This document shows positions 15,136 through 21,883 of a DNA stretch of 21,883 bases, one piece after another. The stretch spans positions 1-21,883 of the forward strand of contig CBFGIT010000040.1 of the NCBI GenBank assembly GCA_965648905.1, written 5' to 3'. The stretch comes from a candidate division WOR-3 bacterium (GTDB taxonomy: Bacteria > Hydrothermota > Tepidihabitantia > Tepidihabitantales > Tepidihabitantaceae). Below the pieces are notes generated by a model. The model was not told the origin of the DNA, did not search any database, and saw only the letters and a list, made by a program, of their open reading frames with translations. The number at the start of each line of letters is the position of its first letter. Positions within the stretch are counted from its first letter, which is position 1. Position numbers and translations under genes: made by a program.

Positions 15136-18100
15136 ATGAGAATCGCCCTGCTTGCGCTCTTTGTTTCCGCACTGTCCGCGGCCACGCTGAGCCGTGAATT
15201 GACCTACAACCCGGCCCGGTTCTCTTTCGCCCAGCACCAGACTTATGACGTGGTGCTGGCTCGTGATATGGACGTGACCAGCGAGCCGGGCGCGCCGCAA
15301 CTGCCGGTTGAGCCGGTGGTCATCGTTCTTTCCGGCCGCTGCCAGGTGAACTCGGTGACGTTCGAGACCGGCAACTGGGAGCCCTTGGCCGGCAGATTTC
15401 TGCCCTTTCCAGCCCAGAAACAGCGGGTCCTTGTCGATACGTCTCTGCTCGACGCTGTTGCCGCGCCTGACCCGACCATCTATGAGTCGGATGCAGCCTG
15501 GCCGGCAAGCCCGGCACGCTGGACCGGGACAGGCTATCGCGGCAACAGCACCCTGGTCCAACTGCTTGTTTACCCGGTCAGATACACCGGCGCAGAGCGA
15601 CGCCTCGAAGTGTGCCGGAGCATCTCGGTGCGCGTGGAGTACACACCGCTTGGCAGCGGCGAAGTGCGATTGGCGGACGGCGCACTCGACTCGCTCGGGT
15701 TCGACTATCTGGTTGTCACGGCCGCGGGCTATGACACTGTTTTCCAGCGCCTTGCCGACTGGAAGACCAGGAAGGGCGTCAGAGCCGTGGTGCGCGACAT
15801 CGCCTGGATTACGAGCACCTATCCGGGCCGGGATGATGCTGAGAAGCTGCGCAATTACTTGAAGACCGTGCCTGATTCGGGCGTGCGCTATGTGCTTTTG
15901 GCCGGCGATGTGTCAATCGTGCCGTTCCGCAAGGCGTTCGCGATGAACTGCGAATGGGGTGCTCATCCGCGCGAGGATTCGCTGCCCTGCGACCTGTACT
16001 TTGCCGACCTTGACCGCGACTGGGACCGAAACAACAACAGCGTGTTTGGTGAGCCCGAAGACTCAATTGACCTGTACGCCGACCTCAAGGTCGGCCGGGC
16101 GCCGGTTGACCAACTGAACGAAGCCCGGGCGTTTGTCAACAAGGTTATAGGCTACGAGCGGGGCCTGGTTGCCGGACACCAGAACAAGGCGCTCTTTTTT
16201 GCCGAGGTGCTCTGGCAGGACCCTTACACTGACCAGGGCGTGCACAAGAACAAGGTCGAGCAGCAGTCGTTCCGAACCGGCTATAACATCACCAAGCTGT
16301 ATCAGAGTCTGGGCAATGAGAGCCGGGCCAGCGTGATGAACGCCATCCGCCAGAACCAGAACTTTCTGAACCACGACGGCCACGGCTGGATTGATGTGAT
16401 GAGCTGCGGCTCAGGCCCGTCCAACTATCTGCGCACCGCTGATGCCGATACCATTACCAACTCCGGACACGGGGTGCTGTTCTCGATCGGCTGCTGGACC
16501 ACGGCGTTCGATTTCACAAGCATCGGCGAGGCGTTTGTTACCAATCCGAACGGCGGCACAATTGCGACCATCGGCAATTCGTCGTACGGCTGGGGCTCGC
16601 CCGGCAATCCCGGGTTCGGCTACTCGGATAAGTTCGATAACCGGTTCTGGCACGCAGTGACGAGCGAAGGACTTTACCGGCTGGGCGATGCTCTGGCCCG
16701 GGCCAAGGAGTTCTACGCGCCGTTCTCGCACGACCGTAACGTCTACCGCTGGCACCAGTACCAGCTCAATCTGATGGGCGACCCAGAGCTTGCGGTCTGG
16801 ACCAGCCTGCCCCAATCTTTGACAGTTGTTGCCCCGCCCGCAATCGGTCTGGGCCGGGGCAGGTATCTGGTCACAGTAGCGCGGGCTGGGGCGCCGGTTC
16901 CGGGTGCGCTGGTCTGCCTTTACCGGCCAGGCGAGGTCTATGCCCGCGCCCGAACCGATGCTGCAGGCCGGGCCTGGCTTGAGGCTGAGACCCGCACCGC
17001 CGGTCAGTTGAGCCTGACCGTGACCGCGCAGAACTGCTACCCTTGTGAGTCGTCGGTGACCTGCGACAGCGGGTTCTGCGTCAATTTCGCGGCATGGCAG
17101 GTGAACGACTCGACCGGCAACAACGACGGGATTGCCAATCCGTGCGAGACGGTTCTACTCCCGACCCTGCTGGTCAATTCGGGCAACCAGGCATCAGGCG
17201 CACTCCAAATCCGGCTGCGCACCGCAAATCAGTACATCACCGTGCTCGACTCCATGGCAGGTTGCGCCGCACTTCAACCTGGTGACTCGGTGCTGCTCGC
17301 CGACGCTTTTCGCGTCACCGTCGCCCCGGGTACACCTGATGGCGAAGCGGTTCGGTTTGAGCTTGAGGTCTCCGGCGCCGGCCCGACCAGGGTGTTCAGT
17401 CCGGTGCTCTTGGTCGGCGAGCCGGTGCTCAGGTATGACCGGCACTGGTTCAATGAGCCGCCGCTCCTGCCCGGCCAGACCAGGGCATTGCGGGTTCAGG
17501 TCAGGAACTCAGGCCACGGCATCGGCCACGCGACCTGGCTGCGGATTGTTTCGCTCGACAGCGCAGTCTCCGTGCTGCGGGACAGTGTCGACTGTGGTGA
17601 GATTGCACCGCTGTCCGCGGCTTCTTCTTCGGACAGCTTCATGGTTCATGCTTCGGCTTCGTGTCCTTCCGGATATCTGACCCGGATGCTTCTGGAACTC
17701 CATGCCGACCGCTACTTTCGGGTCGATACCTTCTCTCTTTTGGTCGGCCCGTCCGGGTTCTTCGACGACATTGAATCGGGCGGAGCAAAGTGGACCCATG
17801 GCGGTTCAGGCGACCAGTGGCATATCTCAACCAATCGGGCACACTCCGGCACCAGTTCCTGGTACTGCGGCGACCATGGAACACGGCAGTACGCAAGTAA
17901 CATGAACGCCTGGCTCAAGACCGTGCCTCTGGTTGTGGCCGAGCACTGCTCGCTATCGTTCTGGCGCTGGTTCCGGGTTCCGAACTACGGGGTTGACGGC
18001 ATCTATGTCATCGTCGTCCGTGGCAGCCGCGAAGACACGCTCGACTTCGTCGGCACGGGCGGCGCGCTCGGACGCAGGACGAATGCAGAACGCAGAATGC

Positions 18101-18546
18101 AGGAGGCAGAACAGGATATCATCGAAAGCAACTGGGCCAGAGAACGCTACGACCTTTCGTTTGTCAGTGTCGGCGAGACCATCCAGGTCAAGCTCTCGTT
18201 CAAGAGCGACCGCGACACGGTTGACGAAGGGTTCTATATCGACGACGTGGAAGTAACCGGCGGCCAGGCTCCGGTTGTCGGAATTGTTTCACAAAGCCCG
18301 GAACCGGCCCGAGCACGGCTTTCGGTCCAGCCCAACCCGTTCCAGAGAACCACGGTCGTGCTGGGCGGCTCTGGTGCGGTCGCAGTCTACGACGCTGCCG
18401 GCCGCGAGGTCAATCTGCTCACGGTTGTGAACGGCCAGGCTGTCTGGGACGGCCGGGACCGGTCTGGAAAACCGTTGCCCGCCGGCGCCTACTTTGTCCG
18501 GCCCGCAGGGACTGCCGAACTGGCGAGAGTGGTCATTGTCCGCTGA
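15136..18546 (+). CDS. Secreted C25-family (gingipain-like) cysteine peptidase with propeptide, Ig-like accessory domains and FlgD/T9SS-type C-terminal domain
   Basis: Signal peptide and SD AGGAGG. Propeptide EPGAPQLP. C25 motifs LADWKTRKG, YVLLAGD, DLYFADLD, VGRAP, NHDGHG (catalytic His), SIGCWT (catalytic Cys) and NLMGDPEL. C-terminus PNPF...VYDAAGREV...WDGRD..G..LPAGAYFV. Confidence 0.9.
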   Translation: MRIALLALFVSALSAATLSRELTYNPARFSFAQHQTYDVVLARDMDVTSEPGAPQLPVEPVVIVLSGRCQVNSVTFETGNWEPLAGRFLPFPAQKQRVLVDTSLLDAVAAPDPTIYESDAAWPASPARWTGTGYRGNSTLVQLLVYPVRYTGAERRLEVCRSISVRVEYTPLGSGEVRLADGALDSLGFDYLVVTAAGYDTVFQRLADWKTRKGVRAVVRDIAWITSTYPGRDDAEKLRNYLKTVPDSGVRYVLLAGDVSIVPFRKAFAMNCEWGAHPREDSLPCDLYFADLDRDWDRNNNSVFGEPEDSIDLYADLKVGRAPVDQLNEARAFVNKVIGYERGLVAGHQNKALFFAEVLWQDPYTDQGVHKNKVEQQSFRTGYNITKLYQSLGNESRASVMNAIRQNQNFLNHDGHGWIDVMSCGSGPSNYLRTADADTITNSGHGVLFSIGCWTTAFDFTSIGEAFVTNPNGGTIATIGNSSYGWGSPGNPGFGYSDKFDNRFWHAVTSEGLYRLGDALARAKEFYAPFSHDRNVYRWHQYQLNLMGDPELAVWTSLPQSLTVVAPPAIGLGRGRYLVTVARAGAPVPGALVCLYRPGEVYARARTDAAGRAWLEAETRTAGQLSLTVTAQNCYPCESSVTCDSGFCVNFAAWQVNDSTGNNDGIANPCETVLLPTLLVNSGNQASGALQIRLRTANQYITVLDSMAGCAALQPGDSVLLADAFRVTVAPGTPDGEAVRFELEVSGAGPTRVFSPVLLVGEPVLRYDRHWFNEPPLLPGQTRALRVQVRNSGHGIGHATWLRIVSLDSAVSVLRDSVDCGEIAPLSAASSSDSFMVHASASCPSGYLTRMLLELHADRYFRVDTFSLLVGPSGFFDDIESGGAKWTHGGSGDQWHISTNRAHSGTSSWYCGDHGTRQYASNMNAWLKTVPLVVAEHCSLSFWRWFRVPNYGVDGIYVIVVRGSREDTLDFVGTGGALGRRTNAERRMQEAEQDIIESNWARERYDLSFVSVGETIQVKLSFKSDRDTVDEGFYIDDVEVTGGQAPVVGIVSQSPEPARARLSVQPNPFQRTTVVLGGSGAVAVYDAAGREVNLLTVVNGQAVWDGRDRSGKPLPAGAYFVRPAGTAELARVVIVR
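18074..18112 (+). repeat. Short heptamer tandem repeat (GCAGAAC-like) inside the C25 gene
   Basis: GCAGGAC gaat GCAGAAC GCAGAAT GCAGGAG GCAGAAC. Confidence 0.65.
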
Positions 18547-18557
18547 AAGGAGACGTT

Positions 18558-18590
18558 GCCGAGGCGCTCAAGAAAGCCGAGGGCCTCGGC
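18558..18590. terminator. Hairpin between convergent genes, probable terminator
   Basis: GCCGAGGCGCTC / GAGGGCCTCGGC pair at 11 of 12 positions with a 9-nt loop. The U-tract is weak. Confidence 0.45.
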
Positions 18591-18608
18591 GCTGGTTCGT
18601 TTCCGGGA

Positions 18609-19727
18609 TTACCCCGGTCTGTTCTGCACCGTGACACGGCCGGTCGCTTTCAGTCCTTGGACCTCAAGCCGAATCAGATATGTGCCAGCCTGAACCTGGC
18701 GCAGGTCCAAGCTGATTGGGGACTGGCAATCCGCCACTGTCTGACTGAGAACGCATCGTCCCGCTGCATCAAACAGGCGCAGGCTTGCACTGCCGGCCTC
18801 GGAGGGCTTGAAGTCCGTACTGACCACCACAAGACCGGCCTTTGCGGGGTTTGGCTCGACGGATAACCTTCGTCGAGACAGCTCCGGCTCTGCCACCGCG
18901 GCCGGCAGTTCGTAGGTAACAAGCAACCAGGGAGCGTCAGAGCGCGGCTGCACGTTCCAGCCAATGATCCAGACACGCTTAGTCAGTATGTTCGAGTAGC
19001 CGGTTCCAACGATGCCAAACGCCACCCAGTTCTGATTCAGCGACTGCTGAACGTGTTGAACCCCGACTGCACCAAGGTCGATCGTGTCGTATAGTCTACC
19101 CCGCTCGCCTTCGTAGCATACCGCACCGTTCTCAATCGTTTCGTACAACGTACGTGCGTCAGTTGGTACTGGGTCGCGGGTGAGCGTGCGATAAGACAGC
19201 CCCATGGTCATCTCAAAGTACGCTATGACCCTAGAGAATGCTGCGCGGATAATCCGGGCTGAGTCCGGCAGCGAGGCGAGGTTGAACTTGGCCCAGCCCA
19301 CCCGTTCGATAGTCGAAGGCGGACTGAGCGTTACTTCGCGTTCTATCTTGACCAACCCGATGCCGGTTTTGCCGTATTGGGTACCGTCGGTACTGGCGTA
19401 ACCGGTCGCATACTCATATTCGAAGATGGGGAGCGATGCCTCGGCATCAGTTGCGCCGAACTTCATCCGGTGGTCGGGTCCGTCATAAGCATGAACTCCT
19501 CTGGCACAGATCGCCGCGGTAATCGCGCCGTTCCCGTTAGAGTAGTGACGGCTGTATTGGTCGCGCAGTTCGACAATCTCGGTGCCAGCGGGCAGAAATC
19601 CGGCATCGGCCGGCAGCCCGGCCGCGGTCCCGAACGTCAGGAGCAACAACGCGAGTTGGAACGCGCCGCGTACCGCAGGTCTGATCAGCCACGGGGCAGG
19701 AACATCGAATTCATATCGGCGTATCAC
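18609..19727 (-). CDS. Secreted protein with DNRLRE-like beta-domain and T9SS/FlgD-type C-terminal domain
   Basis: Hydrophobic signal-like segment FQLALLLLTFGTAAG. GWAKFNLASLPDSARIIRA resembles the DNRLRE-type motif. C-terminus VEPNPA...LFDAAGRCV...LDLRQVQAGTYLIRL. The start position is uncertain. Confidence 0.72.
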   Translation of the reverse strand: MIRRYEFDVPAPWLIRPAVRGAFQLALLLLTFGTAAGLPADAGFLPAGTEIVELRDQYSRHYSNGNGAITAAICARGVHAYDGPDHRMKFGATDAEASLPIFEYEYATGYASTDGTQYGKTGIGLVKIEREVTLSPPSTIERVGWAKFNLASLPDSARIIRAAFSRVIAYFEMTMGLSYRTLTRDPVPTDARTLYETIENGAVCYEGERGRLYDTIDLGAVGVQHVQQSLNQNWVAFGIVGTGYSNILTKRVWIIGWNVQPRSDAPWLLVTYELPAAVAEPELSRRRLSVEPNPAKAGLVVVSTDFKPSEAGSASLRLFDAAGRCVLSQTVADCQSPISLDLRQVQAGTYLIRLEVQGLKATGRVTVQNRPG

Positions 19728-19733
19728 GTGCAG

Positions 19734-19761
19734 ATTCTACGTCAGTTTCAGGCAACATCAA
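19734..19761 (-). promoter_or_regulatory. Putative promoter of the 19727..18609 gene
   Basis: Minus strand: TTGATG (19761-19756), 16 nt, TAGAAT (19739-19734). Predicted +1 is close to the GTG at 19727. Confidence 0.5.
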
Positions 19762-19792
19762 GCCATCGGCGTCCAGCCCGGCCCGGCCTTGT

Positions 19793-19820
19793 TTGACTGG
19801 CCGGTGCGGCCGGGTATCAT
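19793..19820 (+). promoter_or_regulatory. Putative sigma70 promoter of ftcD
   Basis: TTGACT (19793-19798), 16 nt, TATCAT (19815-19820). SD AAGGAG at 19855-19860. Confidence 0.6.
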
Positions 19821-19870
19821 TAGCCTCGCCCAGTTGAAACCAGCCGTGTTCAGAAAGGAGCCTGCTCACC

Positions 19871-21391
19871 ATGCGTAGAATCGTCGAGTGCGTGCCCAAC
19901 TTCAGCGAAGGCCGTCGGCCCGAGGTCGTGGACCAGATTGCCTCGGTCATCCGCTCGGTGAACGGCGTCAGCCTGCTCGACACCCAGATGGACGCCGACC
20001 ACAATCGCTCGGTTATCAGCTTTGTGTCCGAGCCGGAGGCGGCCCTTGATGCCGCGTTCAAGGCGGTCAAGCTCGCGTCCGAGCTGATTGACCTGACCAA
20101 GCACCAGGGTGAGCACCCCCGCATCGGCGCGACCGACGTGGTGCCGTTCGTGCCCATCTCCGGCGTCACCCAGGAGGAGTGCATCGAACTGGCCAAGCGT
20201 CTGGGCAAGAAGATTGCCGACGAGCTGCAGATTCCGGTCTACCTTTACGAGCTGGCAGCAACCAGGCCGGACCGGGTTGATCTGGCAAACATCCGAAAGG
20301 GTGAGTTCGAGGGGCTGCGCGACGCCATCAGAACCGACCCGGACCGCGCGCCGGATTTCGGCCGGCCCCAGCTCCATTCAACCGCGGGCGCAACCGTGGT
20401 CGGCGTACGCACGCCCTTGATTGCCTACAATGTCTACCTGGCAACGACCGACGTGAAGGTGGCCGAGCGCGTGGCCAAGGCGATTCGTTTCCGCGACGGC
20501 GGGTACCGGTATGCCAAGGCCCTGGGGTTCGAGGTCAAGGAAAAGGGCTGTGTCCAGGTCTCAATCAATATGACCGACTACACCAAGACCCCGCTCTACC
20601 GCGTGTTCGACACCATCAAACGCGAAGCCGCGCGCTGGGGCGTGAACGTCACCGAGTCGGAAATCGTCGGGCTGGTGCCGCAGGGCGCGCTCAATGCCTG
20701 CGCCCGTTACTATCTCCAGCTTAATGACTTCAAGCGCGACCAGATTCTTGAGAACCGGCTGGTTCCGGCCAAAGGGATGCCCGATTTCCTGAACGACCTT
20801 GCTTCGTCGGCTCCGACTCCGGGTGGCGGCTCAGCCGCGGCCCTGTCCGGCGCTCTTGGCACCGCCCTGATGACTATGGTGGCGAACCTGACCGTCGGTA
20901 AGAAAGGCTACGAGGAGTTCGATGCCGAGTTGAAGCCGCTCAAGGACCGGCTCCTGCCTCTGCGCGAGCGGTTCATGAACTTAGTCGACGAAGACGCCAA
21001 CTCGTTCAAGAAAGTGATGGCCGCGTACAAACTGCCGAAGATGACCGAGGCAGACAAGCAGGAACGGGACAAGGCGGTCAGCGAGGCACTCAAGGTCGCG
21101 GCCGAGGTTCCGTTCAAGACCATGACCCTGGCGCTCGACGTGCTCCGGATGTGCCGGCCGATCGTCGAGTTCGGCAACAAGAGCTCGATTTCGGACGCAG
21201 GTGTGGCTACGCTCAGCCTCGACACCTGTTTCAAGGGCGCGCGGCTCAACGTCCTCATCAACCTCGCCGGTATCAAAGACCAGCAGTTCGTGGCCGACAA
21301 GCGCGAGACCATTGACGAGATGGCCGCGGAAATGGAGTCGCTGGTCAAAGAGTACAATGACATTGTTGCCCGCCGGATGGGACAGGGCTAG
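19871..21391 (+). CDS. ftcD: Bifunctional glutamate formimidoyltransferase / formiminotetrahydrofolate cyclodeaminase
   Basis: IVECVPNFSEGR, D.DHNRSV, GEHPRIGATDVVPFVP and QVSINMTDY...PLYRVF in the transferase part. Cyclodeaminase domain ASSAPTPGGGSAAAL...GNKSSISDAGV...LNV.INL. Confidence 0.93.
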   Translation: MRRIVECVPNFSEGRRPEVVDQIASVIRSVNGVSLLDTQMDADHNRSVISFVSEPEAALDAAFKAVKLASELIDLTKHQGEHPRIGATDVVPFVPISGVTQEECIELAKRLGKKIADELQIPVYLYELAATRPDRVDLANIRKGEFEGLRDAIRTDPDRAPDFGRPQLHSTAGATVVGVRTPLIAYNVYLATTDVKVAERVAKAIRFRDGGYRYAKALGFEVKEKGCVQVSINMTDYTKTPLYRVFDTIKREAARWGVNVTESEIVGLVPQGALNACARYYLQLNDFKRDQILENRLVPAKGMPDFLNDLASSAPTPGGGSAAALSGALGTALMTMVANLTVGKKGYEEFDAELKPLKDRLLPLRERFMNLVDEDANSFKKVMAAYKLPKMTEADKQERDKAVSEALKVAAEVPFKTMTLALDVLRMCRPIVEFGNKSSISDAGVATLSLDTCFKGARLNVLINLAGIKDQQFVADKRETIDEMAAEMESLVKEYNDIVARRMGQG

Positions 21392-21394
21392 CGC

Positions 21395-21883
21395 TTGAAG
21401 CTGGCAGCCGGTCTGGTTGACCTGCACACCCATACCGTCTTCTCGGACGGACTGTCGACTCCGGAGCAACTGGTCGCCGATGCGGCTGAACTGGGGCTGG
21501 CCGCAGTCGCAATCACCGACCACGATTCGGTCGGCGGCATCGACCGGGCTCTGGCAGCCGGCCGCCTGGCTGGGGTTGAAGTCGTGCCCGGGGTTGAGAT
21601 GAGCTGTACCACCAACGGCGTTGACGTCCACGTTCTCGGCTACTATGTCGACCACCATGACGAAGGGCTGCTTCAGTTCCTCGCCCGGGTCCAGTCCAGC
21701 AGGACCGAACGAGCCGAGCGAATGGTGAAGAAGCTGAACGAGCTTGATATCCCGGTGCGGATGACCCGGGTGCGCGAACTGGCGCGCGGCGCGGCAATCG
21801 GCCGGCCCCATGTTGCCCAGGCCCTGGTTGAAACCGGCCGGGTGGCCAGTGTCCAGGAGGCGTTTGACCGCTTCATCGGTTAC
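21395..21883 (+). CDS. PHP-domain metal-dependent phosphoesterase (TrpH/YciV-like), 3'-truncated by the window end
   Basis: Not in the ORF track because there is no stop in the window. Read by hand from TTG 21395: LKLAAGLVDLHTHTVFSDGLSTPEQLV...AITDHDSV...VVPGVEMS...DVHVLGY...IGRPHVAQAL. Confidence 0.88.
   Translation, partial: MKLAAGLVDLHTHTVFSDGLSTPEQLVADAAELGLAAVAITDHDSVGGIDRALAAGRLAGVEVVPGVEMSCTTNGVDVHVLGYYVDHHDEGLLQFLARVQSSRTERAERMVKKLNELDIPVRMTRVRELARGAAIGRPHVAQALVETGRVASVQEAFDRFIGY

Noticed and set aside
12574..15185. Many ORFs on both strands over the array (VLNAFRHQRVQH, CSTPFGIRGFNI, AQRLSASEGST repeats)
   Set aside because: They are translations of the CRISPR repeat, not genes.
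21389..21397. ftcD TAG is in frame with the downstream PHP gene, suggesting a read-through fusion
   Set aside because: Same-frame adjacency occurs one time in three. Both proteins look complete separately, and a TTG start is available at 21395.

Overview
GC-rich bacterial chromosomal segment. The lineage is probably FCB-group, possibly candidate phylum WOR-3; this is inferred only from several secreted proteins with FlgD/T9SS-type C-terminal domains. The centre is a complete type I CRISPR-Cas locus of the MYXAN/Cmx8 (I-B-like) kind: cas6-cas3-cas8(cmx8)-cas7(DevR)-cas5(DevS)-cas4/cas1 fusion-cas2, then a leader and a + strand array of 29 repeats (36 bp, last one degenerate) with 28 spacers. 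A probable hidden cas11 starts inside cas8. An MNT-HEPN toxin-antitoxin pair is transcribed divergently from the cas operon. The ~700-bp gap between them holds a degenerate 12-bp-periodic tract, a perfect 22-bp AT-rich palindrome and the cas promoter. Flanking genes encode a divergent EF-P paralogue, an SBBP beta-propeller protein, a C25 (gingipain-family) peptidase, two other secreted proteins, a bifunctional FTCD and a partial PHP-domain protein. Seven sigma70-like promoters found by eye all have a 16-bp spacer. The best leads are the unexplained TA/cas intergenic region, the hidden Cas11 and the EF-P variant. No searches were run; family calls rest on motifs read by eye.
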